Both the position numbers and the translations under genes were made by a program. 64,000 bases of DNA from Anaeramoeba ignava BMAN (lineage: Eukaryota; Protista; Anaeramoebae). The stretch spans positions 372,001 to 436,000 of the forward strand of contig JAPDFW010000011.1 of the NCBI GenBank assembly GCA_028826165.1. Direction: 5' to 3'. Position 1 is the first letter of the stretch, and each line of letters opens with the position of its first letter. Below the pieces are notes generated by a model, which did not search any database, was not told where the DNA came from, and worked only from the letters and a program-made list of their open reading frames with translations. Of this stretch, positions 1 to 12,673 are shown piece by piece.

Positions 1-1822
1 AGAAATTGCAAATCACGATGAAATATTATTTTTAGCGTTAGAAAAATGTTCCGAATTTGTTCCCAGTTTTTCTCGACTTTCTGAGAAGTTTCAAAAAATG
101 ATTCTCAACACATCGATGGTAGAATGTAACATCGGGCAAATTACGCAAGCAGAAGCACCCGAATACCCTTTAACGCAACTTAGTAGTTTAACAGAAGAAG
201 AATATCATTTTTTCATGATTCATTTTTTATTTGATATTTCTGGTGCAGCTGGTCATATTTTTCCTTTTGGATCTTTTGTTGTTTCAAATTTCTTTTGGAT
301 CCGTTTTTATACTTTGAATAATTTATTAATAGATTTTTTCAAATCTTCTTTTTCAGATGTTGAGGATATTTATTCGAGATATTTAAGGAAACAAATTGAA
401 AATTTCAATTTAAATCAAAATGAAAATGAAAATCAAAATCAAAATCAAAATCAAAATCAAAATTTAAATCAAAATCAAAATCAAAATCAAAATCAAAATC
501 AAAATCAAAATTTGAAAATTCACGCTCTTTCTAGAATTTTTTTATTGGCAAGATTGTCAACTCAACAAGAATTTGATTTTGTCTGCAAAAGTTTTGATCA
601 ACAACACGATTTAGTCAAAGAAATCCTTATTCAAGAATTGAATATTTCAGGTCTTTCTCAAAAAATGGCAATTATTCCTTATTATGCACCTGCTTTAATC
701 AACTCAATTTTAGAAAATGAAAAAGCAAATGGAAAAGGAATTCAAGATGGATTAAATATTGTTTTATTAACTCTTGCAAGAATTTTTTTTGAAGTGAGAC
801 TAGGAATTTTAAATAAGAAAAATAATGGAATTGTAAATGCTAATATAAGAAAACTTGCTTTGAATTCTTCAAAAATTCTCACTTCGGATTTTGGAGTAAA
901 TTGGATCACAAATCATGATGCAGAAATTTTTTTTGTGGATTTTACAAAAATAGACCATCAAAATTTTCCCATAAAACCAACACTTTCAGAATTTTTCACA
1001 GATGAAAAACTTGCAGTTATTGGGATTGGAGGAGGTTCTGATGGTGTTCAAGCAGGATTATTAGCGCATCTTTTGAAAAAACAAGGAAAACAAATTGAGT
1101 GTTTGATTTCAGTCAGAACAGGGATACAAGGAAATGGGAAAGAAAGAAAGGTTGAGAACCACGGAGGAATGATTTACAAGAATGTGTATAAAATCAATCC
1201 TACGAGCGGAGGTTCTGGAAGATTTCTGGAAAATATTCCTTCAATTGATTTTCCAATGTATCTTGTTTTGGATTTTGAGGATGAACAACTCACAGATCAA
1301 ATACAAGCAGTTTTAAACCAATACAAAGACCTCAAAACATTGATATCAGTCGATACTGGCGGGGATTGTCTGTATCCTTTTGACCAAGATGTTGCTCAAG
1401 TCAAAGCAACTCCTGACCAAGATTTGAGAGTTTTAAATGCTTTATCAAAACTTTCAAATGAAATTAAAGTGATTTCAAGTGTGATCGCAGCAGGAATAGA
1501 TTCACCACCAAATGCAGAAGAAATTTTGCATAAATCAAACGCAGAATATTATCAACTTGATGATAAAGAAGCCAATTTTGTTGTTCAAAAATATATTGAT
1601 TGGGGTTTTGATAGTTCAAATGAGAAAATTTTTGGATTGACTCCTCTTGTTTGGAAAAAATCACTTCAGAATGATTTGGGTTTACAAGTTGTTTCTCTTC
1701 CAAAAAATGTTGTGATTTCGGACTCTCCTTGGAAACCTTTTGTTTTTGTCCGAGAAAGTATGAAAGGGATTTTTTTTATGAAACTTGAAGATCATTTGAA
1801 ACAAATCAAATCAAAAAAATAG
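1..1822 (+). CDS. 5'-truncated protein with a helical N-terminal region, a poly-NQ insert and a C-terminal DUF1152-like Rossmann-type domain
   Basis: Frame 2 is open from base 2 (EIANHDEILFLALEK...), so the gene starts before the window. The C-terminal part has VIGIGGGSDG, VDTGGD and PDQD motifs resembling DUF1152. Stop TAG ends at 1822. Confidence 0.6.
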   Translation, partial: EIANHDEILFLALEKCSEFVPSFSRLSEKFQKMILNTSMVECNIGQITQAEAPEYPLTQLSSLTEEEYHFFMIHFLFDISGAAGHIFPFGSFVVSNFFWIRFYTLNNLLIDFFKSSFSDVEDIYSRYLRKQIENFNLNQNENENQNQNQNQNQNLNQNQNQNQNQNQNQNLKIHALSRIFLLARLSTQQEFDFVCKSFDQQHDLVKEILIQELNISGLSQKMAIIPYYAPALINSILENEKANGKGIQDGLNIVLLTLARIFFEVRLGILNKKNNGIVNANIRKLALNSSKILTSDFGVNWITNHDAEIFFVDFTKIDHQNFPIKPTLSEFFTDEKLAVIGIGGGSDGVQAGLLAHLLKKQGKQIECLISVRTGIQGNGKERKVENHGGMIYKNVYKINPTSGGSGRFLENIPSIDFPMYLVLDFEDEQLTDQIQAVLNQYKDLKTLISVDTGGDCLYPFDQDVAQVKATPDQDLRVLNALSKLSNEIKVISSVIAAGIDSPPNAEEILHKSNAEYYQLDDKEANFVVQKYIDWGFDSSNEKIFGLTPLVWKKSLQNDLGLQVVSLPKNVVISDSPWKPFVFVRESMKGIFFMKLEDHLKQIKSKK

Positions 1823-1880
1823 AAAAGAAATAATTTCTCTTTATTTTTTTTAAAAACAAATCCAAAATTTTTCTCTAAAA

Positions 1881-3008
1881 TTAAATAACCAATTCATCTA
1901 CTTCTTCGAATTGATTTAAAATTTCATCAGCAGTTTTATTTTCTTTTTTTTTATTTTGAGAATCTTGAACTGAATGAATTAAACTTCTTTTTTCTTCTCT
2001 TGATTTTAACCAACTCTGTTCCATTTTAATATCAAAAATCATAGCAACAGCAAGAATAAGACTAGGAATGATTTCAAAACCGAAATACCAATAAAATATT
2101 CCAGTATAAAATCTATCATCATGATTTTGAGCCCAATGATCAAGAGAATTATTTAAAGTGTTTCCATTGAAAATTATCAATAAATCCCAAATTGTTCTCA
2201 GTAAAAAAATGACAGCATAAATTGTGAATAAAATTATATATAATCTAATTCGTATTTTGCTTTTTTTGGAAAGTGACTTGAAAAATCTTAAAGTACGAAA
2301 TGTATGAGTTCCAATTATTATCATAAGAATAACCAAAATACCAAAAATTATTCCTGAAAATGTAGCAACATGATTTTGGAATTTGTCATTGAATTTTGCT
2401 GCCAATACACTTAAAACAATGCATGCAATGAATAAAAGAATTATAACAACGATATAAATTTTCAATACTATTTTAAATATTTTTTCTTTTCCTTCAAATT
2501 GCAAAGTTCTTTGAGCCAAAAAGATAGCAAGTAATGAAAATCTAGAATTTAATTTCAATTTTATAAATGATTTTATAAAGGATTTTATAAAGTATTTTAT
2601 AAAGGATTTATTACGTAACAAATTGTAAAAATTGAGGAAAGAAAATGATAAAAAAATATGCCCAAAAACCATCATTAAATCCACTTTTAATAAAGCAAAC
2701 TATTCCATATATCAAAGAAATTAAAGTGGAACAAATAAGAAGAATACAACGGAATATATTACTACTTTTGAATACTCTATTTTTATTTGATTTATTTTGA
2801 CTTAATTCAATTCAATTTAATTTTTAAAATGATTTTTTGATTTTTATTCTTCTTTTATTTTAAAAATTTACCGAAGTCGAATTGATTGAATAAACGCAAA
2901 AAGAGAAAGAAATGAAGTAAATATGAAAAGTGCAGATAATGTAAAAAGTTGTGGTTTTTTTGTTTCAAGAGCAGAAGGAAAAAATCTTTGAAAATTATTA
3001 TTTGACAT
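1881..3008 (-). CDS. Multi-pass membrane protein, GPR137/TM7SF1 (DUF1084)-like, 3 exons
   Basis: ATG at 3008 (MSNNNFQRFF), with GT-AG introns at about 2871-2777 and 2614-2542. The spliced product reads FPQFLQFVTFSLLAIFLAQ ... FEIIPS, resembling GPR137 LPVCLQFFTL/WELLPT, and has about 7 hydrophobic segments. Confidence 0.7.
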
Positions 3009-3091
3009 TTTTTATATTAAAATTTTAATAAAAAAAGTGAAAAATAAATTTTCATTTTTTTTCTTTTTAAAAATTTAAAACAAAAAAAAAA

Positions 3092-3999
3092 ATGAAAGAA
3101 AGTTACTTTTTGATTTATTCCTTTTTCTTAATTTTTCTCATTTCAAAAACTTATCAATCAACAACAATTATGCCTTATATGTGTTTAGAAAGGTGAATTT
3201 ATTTACAAAATAATTTTTATTTTTAATTTTTAATTTTTAATTTTTAATTTTTAATTTAAGATGTGATGAAAATATTCAACAAGATCTTCAACAATTAAAA
3301 GAAAAAATCAAATATTTTAAAGCCGTGTCAATTGAACAATTTGATGTATCTTCAGATGGAGACATAATACGCGGGGCTAACTTAACCAATATAATCCCAA
3401 ACTTGAAAGAAATTGGGGTAGAAAAAATATATCCAATGATTTCAACATTTAATGATTCAACTAAAAAACACAGTATTGAAAATATTGGGAAAGTATTTGC
3501 AAATCCTGAAAGATTTATCACACACGCAATATCCTTTGCGAATGAAATGGGGTTCAATGGATTTTCTATTGATTTTGAGCCTTATTCAAATGAGGCAACT
3601 GATAAAGATGGAAATGATTATGCAAATTTCATCACTTTGTTTGCTAATGAATTGCATAAAAATTCTTTGGAATTACTTGTGAATTGTGCACATTGGTCTA
3701 AGCTTTGGAATTTAACAGCCATTTCTCTTTCTTCGGCTGATCTTATCATTGATATGTCGACTTATACAACTAATACTCAAACTTGGGCAACTATTTTTCA
3801 AGAAGATGTTCAACTTTTTTCTTTATCAAAACTTTCAATTGGTTTAGAATGTGATACTGTTCCCCCTTTATCTGACCAAGATTTGAAATATAGATTTACT
3901 CTTTTGAAGAATTATGATATAATTGCTATTGCAATTTGGCAAATGCCAATGCCTGAAAATTGGTTTCAATATTTTGATGAATTATTAAATCATTTATAA
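3092..3999 (+). CDS. Secreted glycoside hydrolase family 18 (chitinase-like) protein, 2 exons
   Basis: ATG at 3092 with a hydrophobic leader (MKESYFLIYSFFLIFLIS). Intron 3193-3260 (GT..AG) joins into the 3325-3999 frame. GH18-type motif GFNGFSIDFE. Confidence 0.75.
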
Positions 4000-5055
4000 A
4001 ATTTAAATCAAAATCAAAATTTAAATTAAAATCAAATTGAAATCAAAATCAAAATTAAAATCTAATTCAAAATCAAAATCAAAATTAAAATTAAAATCAA
4101 AATCAAAATTTAAATCAAAATTAAAATGAAAATCAAAATTTAAATTAAAATCTAATTCAAAATCAAAATCAAAATCAAAATAAAATTAAAATCAAAATCA
4201 AAATCAAAATCAAAATCAAAATTAAAATCAAAATCAAAATCAAAATCAAAATCAAAATTAAAATTAAAATTTAAATTAAAATCAAAATCAAAATCAAAAT
4301 TTAAATTAAATTCAAAATTTAAATCAAAATCAAAATCAAAATCAAAATTAAAATTAAAATGAAAATCAAAATTAAAAATTAAAATTAAAATCAAAATCAA
4401 AATTAAAATCTAATTAAAATTAAAATTAAAATCAAAATCAAAATCAAAATCAAAATCAAAATTAAAATCAAAATGAAAATCAAAATCAAAATCAAAATTT
4501 AAAATCAAAATTAAAATCAAAATCAAAATTAAAATCAAAATCAAAATTAAAAATTTAAAATTAAAATTAAAATTCAAAATTTAAAATCAAAATCAAAATT
4601 AAAATCAAAATTTAAATTAAAATCAAAATTGAAATCAAAATCAAAATTATAATCAAAATTTAAATTAAAATCAAAATTAAAATCAAAATCAAAATCAAAA
4701 TCAAAATTTAAATTTAAATTAAAATCAAAATCAAAATTAAAATTAAAATTAAAATTAAAATTAAAATTAAAATTAAAATCAAAATCAAAATCAAAATCAA
4801 AATCAAAATTAAAATCAAAATCAAAATCAAAATCAAAATTAAAATTAAAAATTAAAATTAAAATCAAAATCAAAACCAAAATCAAAATCAAAATCAAAAT
4901 TAAAATTTAAATTAAAATCAAAATCAAAATTCAAAATCAAAATTTAAATTAAATTTAAATTAAAATCAAAATCAAAATCAAAATTAAAATTAAAATCAAA
5001 ATGAAAATATAAATTAAAATCAAAATTAAAATTAAAATTAAAATTAAAATTAAAA
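4000..5055. repeat. Degenerate (AAAATC/AAAATT)n hexamer satellite between convergent genes
   Basis: Directly visible; source of the spurious ILIL/FDFD ORFs. Confidence 0.95.
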
Positions 5056-5263
5056 AAAATGGAATAAAAAAATGGAATAAAAATTTGTCATTTTGCCCAA
5101 CAATTTTTTTATTTAAAAAGCTCAATTCTCATTTATTCCAAAACTGAAAAAGTTTTAGAAATAATGATCAAACAAAAAAAAATGAAAAAGTAAATGAAAA
5201 AAAAGGTAAAAGAAAAAAAAAAAGAGAAAAAGAAATTTTTTTTTTTGAAATTTTGAAATATTT

Positions 5264-8200
5264 TTAAAGATCTTTGTTTCGAATAAAACTAAGAAAAAAA
5301 AGAAAAAAAGATTTAGTTTAAAAATTTAGTTTAAAAAATAAAAGAAATATATACCGATTTCCTTCTGAACGATGACCAGCATATGTATAATGAGAATATC
5401 CAAATTTTGTACTTTTTTTCTTTTTTGGATTAAATTCAACAACTTTTGTTTCTTTTTTACTCATTTGATTTTGAATTTGATTTCTTTCTTCTTCTGTTAA
5501 TTCAGCTGTAACAACTTTCATAAATTTACCAACTTTAAGTGCTTTTTGTTTTTCTTCTTTTGTAACTTTTGTTGAATCCAAATAGGATAATTTAGGTAAT
5601 TCAGAAATAACAAAAAGACTTTACAAGAGAATTTTAAATTTTAAATTTTAAATTTTAAATTTTAAATTTGAAAATAAATTAATAAAATATTTAATAAAAT
5701 ATTTAATAAAATAATTAATAAAATAATTAATAAAATAATTAATAAAATAATTTATAAAATTATAAATAAATTAATAAAATAATTTATAAAATAATTTATA
5801 AAATAATTTATATATTAATTAATAAAAATAATTTATAAAATAATTAATAAAATAATTAATAAAATAATTATTTAATAAAATATTTAATAAAATAATTAAT
5901 AAAATAATAAATAAAATAATTAATAAAAATAATTAAATAAAATAATTAATAAAATAATTAATAAAATAAATAATAAAATAATTAATAAAATAATTAATAA
6001 AATAATTAATAAAATAATTAATAAAATAAATAATAAAATAAATAATAAAATAATTTATAAAATAATTAATAAAAAAATAAAATAAAAAAATAATTAATAA
6101 AATAATTAATAAAATAATTAATAAAATAAATAATAAAATAAATAATAAAATAATTAATAAAAAATATTTAATAAAAATATTTAATAAAATAATAAATAAA
6201 ATAATTAATAAAATAATAAATAAAAATAATTAATAAAATAATTAATAAAAATAATTAATAAAATAATTAATAAAATAATTAATAAAATAATTAATAAAAT
6301 AATTAATAAAATAATTAATAAAAATAATTAATAAAATAATTAATAAAATAATTAATAAAATAATTAATAAAATAATTAATAAAATAATTAATAAATAAAA
6401 TAATTAATAAAAATAATTAATAAAATAATTTATAAAATAATTAATAAAATAATTAATAAAATAATTAATAAAATAATTAATAAAATATTTAATAAAATAT
6501 TTAATAAAAATATTTAATAAATTAATAAAATATTTAATAAAATAATTAATAAAATATTTAATAAAATAATTAATAAAATAATTAATAAAATAAATAATAA
6601 AATAATTAATAAAATATTTAATAAAATAATTAATAAAATATTTAATAAAATAATTAATAAATTAATTTATAAAATAATAAATAAAATAATTTATAAAAAT
6701 AATTTTATAAAATATTTAATAAATTAATTTATAAAATAATAAATAAAATAATTTATAAAATAATTTATAAAATATTTAATAAAAATAATTTATAAAATAA
6801 TTAAATAAAATAATTTATAAAATAATTAATAAAAATAATTAATAAAATAATAAATAAAATAATTATTAATAAAATAATTAATAAAAAATAATTAATAAAA
6901 TAATTAATAAAAATAATTAATAAAATAATTAATAAAATAATTAATAAAATATTTAATAAAATATTTAATAAAATAATTAATAAAATAATTAATAAAATAT
7001 TTAATAAAATAATTAATAAAATAATTAATAAAATAATCAATAAAATAATAAATAAAATAATTAATAAAATAATTAATAAAATAATTAATAAAATAATTAA
7101 TAAAATAAAATAAAATAATAATTAATAAATAAATTAATAAAATAATTAATAAAATAATTAATAAAATATTAAATAAAATAATTAATAAAATAATTAATAA
7201 AATAATTAATAAAATAATTAATAAAATAATTAATAAAATAATAAATAAAATAATTAATAAAATAATTAATAAAATAATTAATAAAATAATTAATAAAATA
7301 ATTAATAAAATAATTAATAAAATATTTGGCTTGGTTTTGATTCTTGCCAAGTGGCATATTGAGCTTATTGGCTTATCGAGCCAAAAGCAAAAAAAAAATA
7401 ATTGAAACTCAATTAGATCAAAAAAAATACCCCCTATTTTTGCCAATTTTGGCAATAAGATTTAGAATCTGATCAATAAAAATTAAAATCCCTAATTTGC
7501 CAATTAAGAACTTTTTTATTTACGATTTCCTTTTGTCAAAATTCGCATTTGGCAAAAAAAAGTTGAAAAAAATCAGAAAAAAAAAATTTTTTTTGGCTCA
7601 GAAAGCCAAAATTCATTTAAAGAAGAAATCCCTTTAAAACCATTTATCTCCATTCTTAGGACATGTTACTTTATTGTGTCCAGGTTTTCCACATTGAGAA
7701 CAACAATATTTTTTTTCAGAGTTTTTATGTCTTTTTTTTTCGAATCCATTTTCATGTTCAGAAACTCTTTCTTCTGATAAATCAAAATCTTCTTCAGAAC
7801 TCCAATCAGAAAAAGAAGAATGTCTATATAGCTTTCTTTTTTGGGTTTGGCTTCTTTATTTCTGGTCCTCCTTCATCCATCTGAATAATTTTAGTCAAAT
7901 CATTATCTTCTTCATCCATAAAGTGTCTAGAGTTATGTAGAATTGATTTTCAATAAATGGAATATTTTCATTATTTTGATTTGGATCAATCTCCCTCTTC
8001 ATATTCACTGACATAATTCTCTATTTCTTCTTGTATTATTTGATTTTCCTCTTGTTCTTCTAAAATTTGAGAAGATTGTCTCTTCTTCTTATCTTGACTG
8101 TTTTTCCTTCCTTGTTTTTTTCTTACTTGAGAACTTAATCTTAATTCATCCTTTTTTTCTTCATCCTCTTTCCTATATTTCTGAACTTTCTCCCACCATT

Positions 8201-10394
8201 TTGTTGTTTCTTCATTATCTGTTGGAATCTCTTGATGTCCAGTTCTCTTTTGAAATTGAATTTTTTTCTTATCAATTCTTCTTCAGATTTCAATAATTCA
8301 ACCATTTGTATCAATTTGGGTTTTTCATGTCCAATTCTTCTGTTTAATCTTTTATGATATCCTTCTAATGGCCCATTTGTTCTTTGGCTTAAATCTGGAA
8401 AACTTGAGATATTCCATATTTGAGGTGAATATTTTCTCATCCATATTTTTTGAAAATATTTAAAAAATTCTTCACAACCTTTAAAATGAACTTTTATTTT
8501 CTTCAATTTCTCTTCAATCATATTTAATGGAATATAAGTTAATTCCTCTAGTGATTCAACTAATTCCTTTTTTTGATTTTCATCTAATTCTGAACACAAT
8601 TTATTCACCTTTTTCCTTATTGCATTTTTCCAGTGAAAAAAACAACCTATCAACTGTGCTTCTGGAAGAACTTTCTTGATTGCATTCTGAAGAGAAACTT
8701 CAAAGTCACAAGTGACATATTTAAATTTCCATTTGGAATTGAGGAAGTATCTAAAGATGTTTTCAAAGATAAATGTATACATATCCTGCTTAGAAGAAGT
8801 TGAAATTGCATAAACTGCTGGAACGTAAATTCTACTTGAATGATCAAAACACATAATTGTAATTAATTGAGTAAAGGGTTTGGCTGCACTTAAAAAAGTG
8901 CCATCAATAAATATCTGATTGGCCTGAAACAAAGAACTAGCTACACTATCTGAAAACCAACAAACAGCCATTTCTTTTTTGTCTTGAATCAATACTTCAG
9001 AGGAGAATCTCCAAAATTTTTTTCATTTTTGTTTGTGAATAAGGAGATTCAGAAAGGATTCTTATTAATTCAAAAGGAAATCTTGCTTTTCTAATTGTTG
9101 AAATAGTCTGCAAAAACATGATGAGCAGGTGGTATTTCAAAATGATCATCTTCCCCAATTTCAGAATTGATTCTTTCAACAGCTAATTGGTAGATCTCCA
9201 TAGAAGTCTTTCCTAATTCAGATGCCATTTGATTAATAAATTCCCAGAATCTTTTGGATAATGATTCATTTCCTTGAATTTGCTTTTTCACATTCTTCTG
9301 AATGAGGACGATTTAAAACGGTATTGATTGTTGAATCTGATCAATGTTGCACCACAATTAGGAGTCATACACCGATAATACTTCTTCCCTGTCTCTTCAA
9401 CAAAACTTTTTAATCGAAAAATTCTTGAATTGAAAATAAGTTTCGAATTCATCAAAAAAGAAAAATTGAAAAAGTCAAAAATGAGAATGAAAAATAAAAA
9501 ATTTTTTTCTTTTTCTTAAATATTTTTTTTTCGCAAGATCCGTGATTGGGGAGAGATCTTTTTGTTTTTTGGTTTTTATTAAGAAAAATAAAGTTTTTCA
9601 ATTTGATTTCAATTTAAAAATATGTTTATTTTATTTTATTAGCTCGATAAGCCAATAAGCTCAATATGCCACTTGGCAAGAATCAAAACCAAGCCAAATA
9701 TTTAATAAAATAATTAATAAAATAAATTAATAAAATATTTAATAAAATAATTAATAAAATAATTAATAAAATATTTAATAAAATATTTAATAAAATATTT
9801 AATAAAATAATAAATAAAATATTTAATAAAATAATTAATATATTTTTACCGATATCTTTTATAATCATCATAATCTTTTCCAGTAAAAAAATTAGGACAA
9901 GCAGGATTACCCAACATGCTTAAATAAGTAATATTTGGATAAGAAATTTTCATTGCAGAAATAAATTTTTCCAAATTATCAATTTGATTTCTATTAATCC
10001 AAAAAGTTTCCAAAGAACGAATTTTAGGAAAAGAAGTATTAGAAGAAATTTGATTATTATCAAGAACAAGTGATTTAAGTGAAGTAAATTGTTCAAGTCC
10101 ATCAAGTTTATTAAGTTCATTATGACTTAGATTTAATTCCGTTGTTTTTAAAGCAAATTGTCTTATAATTGTTATTGGAATCTCTTCCAAATCTTGAGAA
10201 ATTATTGTTAATTTTCCTTTTTCAAATGCATAACTTAATTCTTCTTTATTTTCTTTCTTGGAATTTCCACTTGTTTTGGCATTTTTTTGTGAATCGGAAT
10301 CACTTTCAGAATCAGAATTACTTGTTGATTCAGATTCGCTTGTTTCGGATTCACTTGTTGTGTCTGAATCAAATAATTTATCTTTATTCTTCAT
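5264..10394 (-). CDS. LRMDA: Leucine-rich repeat protein, LRMDA/C10orf11-like; exons 10394-9850, 5618-5355, 5288-5264
   Basis: Splicing at GT 9849/AG 5619 gives YLSMLGNPACPN..DDYKRYR|LFVISELPKLSYLDSTKVT (LRR cap). The second intron (5354-5289) gives SEGNR|FIRNKDL*, matching the LRMDA C-terminus SEGNRFIRDDQL. Confidence 0.85.
5630..7327. repeat. AT-only ~12-mer satellite (TAATAAAATAAT)n in LRMDA intron 1; it continues at 9696-9847
   Basis: Tandem degenerate 12-mer on both sides of the transposon. Confidence 0.95.
7328..9695 (-). mobile_element. Full-length Mutator-like (MULE) DNA transposon, 2368 bp
   Basis: Perfect 54-bp terminal inverted repeats (GGCTTGGTTTTGATTCTTGCC...TATCGAGC) at 7328-7381 and 9642-9695. 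AAATATTT flanks both ends (7320-7327, 9696-9703). An internal MULE transposase is present. Confidence 0.95.
7634..9452 (-). pseudogene. MULE DDE transposase, frameshifted in this assembly
   Basis: ATG at 9452, then YYRCMTPNC (FLYWCH/WRKY-like Zn finger). The core has IDGTF, TCDFE, GCFFHW and RTNGPLEGYH, and the C-terminus has a CCHC knuckle CSQCGKPGHNKVTC with stop at 7634. Several frame changes lie outside the 8141-8992 core. Confidence 0.85.
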
Positions 10395-10659
10395 AATAAA
10401 CAATTACTAAAATTTTTTTGTTTAAAAAAAAAATAATAAAAAAATAAGAAAAAAAAAATAAAAGAAAGTAAAAAAATGAAAAAGGAAAAAAAAAAGAAAA
10501 AAAAATTTTTTTAATTAAAAAATAAAAAATAAAAATAAAAAAAAAAAAGAAAAAAAGAAGAAAAATGATTTTTTCTCCTTTTTTAAAATAAAAATTTAAA
10601 TTAAAAATTTAAATTAAAAATTCATTTTTTTTCTCTTTTAAAAAATTCTCAATTAAAAA

Positions 10660-12624
10660 ATGTCAACCTTTTATAGAAGATATTTTGATTCTTATACTCA
10701 ACAACGTCTTCCTGAATATATGTTAGCTCATCAATTAGAAACAAGTCCTGATTTTGAAATTAATGATGAAACTACTTTAGAACAACTTTGGGAAGAACAT
10801 CAAAGACTTCTTCCTATATTTAGAGAATTAAGAGAAAAAACTAATTCTGTTATTCCTTTAACTCCTTTTCCAGATATGCCTCAAAAAAAATTACAGAGAA
10901 ATTATTTTTCATCCAAAAATAAAAATCCAGAAAAGATTGAAATTGAATATGAAAATTCAAATGAAAATATAAATGAAAATATAAATCAAAATGAGAATAT
11001 AAATGAGAATATAAATGAAAATATAAATGAGAATATAAATGAAAATATAAATCAAAATATAAATGAAAATATAAATGAAAATATAAATGAAAATATAAAT
11101 GAAAATATAAATGAAAATATAAATGAAAATACAAATGAGAATATAAATGAAAATATAAATGAAAATATAAATGAAAATATAAATGAGAATATAAATGAAA
11201 AGATAAATCAAAATATAAATGAAAATATAAATGAAAATATAAATGAAAATATAAATGAGAATATAAATGAAAATACAAATGAAAATATAAATGAAAATAT
11301 AAATGAAAATATAAATGAAAAGATAAATCAAAATGAAAATGAAAATATAAAATGAAAATATAAATGAAAATATAAATCAAAATCAAAATCAAAATCAAAA
11401 TCAAAATCAAAATCAAAATCAAAATCAAAATCAAAATCAAAATCAAAATCAAAATCAAAATCAAAATCAAAATCAAAATCAAAATCAAAATCAAAATCAA
11501 AATCAAAAATCAAAATCAAAATCAAAATCAAAATCAAAATCAAAATCAAAATCAAAATCAAAAATCAAAATCAAAATCAAAATCAAAATCAAAATCAAAA
11601 TCAAAATCAAAATCAAAATCAAAATCAAAATCAAAATCAAAATCAAAATCAAAATCAAAATCAAAATCAAAATCAAAATCAAAATCAAAATCAAAATCAA
11701 AATCAAAATCAAAATCAAAATCAAAATCAAAATCAAAATCAAAATCTAAATCAAAATCAGAAAAAAAGAATTTCATTTTTGGAATTAAAAAGACAAATTG
11801 CTCACAGAATTGCTTTAAAATGTAGATTTTGTGAATTGAAATGTGGTAAAAATAGAAAAACATCAATAGGAAATTGTCACGCACAAGAAACAAGAATATC
11901 TGCATTCTTCACACACGAAGGAGATGAAGAAGAAATCAAACCATCACTAACAATTTTTTTCACAGGATGTAATTTTGGATGTATTCATTGCCAAAACTGG
12001 CCATTAAAAAACGGAAAAGCAGGGAAATACACATCACCACAAAAAATGGCGAAATTAATAATTTCTTTTATAAAAAAAGAACCAACACTTAAAAACATAC
12101 ATTTTCTTGGAGGAGAACCTTCACTTCACATTCCATATATTCTTGATTTTCTAACTTGCATTGTTTATCTTTCAATCCTTTATCCGGAAGTGTCAAAACT
12201 TCCAATGGTTTTTGATTCAAACATGTATTACACAAAGGAAACTAGTTTACTTTTGGATGGAATAACTGATTCAATGATTGCTGACTTAAAATATGGGAAT
12301 AATAAGTGTTGCAAAGAAATATCTCGAAGACCAAGATATATGCAAATTGTGGGCAGAAATATCAAAGAAGCTCAGAATTTTTGCTTCTTAATCGTTCGCC
12401 ATCTTGCACTTCCTCATCATATTGATTGTTGTCTTGAACCTTGTACTAAATGGTTTGCAGAAAATATGAGAAATGATGTCAGATATCATATTACTTTCCA
12501 ATATCATCCTGACCATTTGGCTAAGGAAGTAGAAGAGTTGGCAAAGGAAATTGATGAAACTGAAAGAGAAAAAGCTACTCAAATCGTTCAAAAATATAAT
12601 ATTCAAAGTTTATCGATTGATTAA
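10660..12624 (+). CDS. pflX: Radical SAM protein of PflX type (PFL-activating-enzyme-like), interrupted by an (NENI)n/(NQ)n tract
   Basis: Motifs CRFCELKCGKNR, HEGDE, GCNFGCIHCQNW (CxxxCxxC), GGEP, ADLKYGNNKC and LIVRHLALP are PflX-type. The N-terminal LWEEH segment at 10660 is in the same frame as the 11761-12624 part. Confidence 0.8.
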
Positions 12625-12673
12625 AATAAAAATAAAAATCAAAATCATTTTTTCATTTTTTTCTTTTTCAAAA

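Noticed and set aside
4152-4897. ORFs such as ILIL, FDFD, KIKI and FINY (also at 6801-7455, 10850-11905, 39628-40194, 41629-42348, 58618-59570, 61172-62043)
   Set aside because: These are translations of simple satellites or antisense/off-frame readings of low-complexity coding tracts.
12551-12673. N-terminal extension of RCC1-BTB copy 1 in the ORF track
   Set aside because: It overlaps the end of pflX. The paralogues and the upstream motif place the start at 12674.
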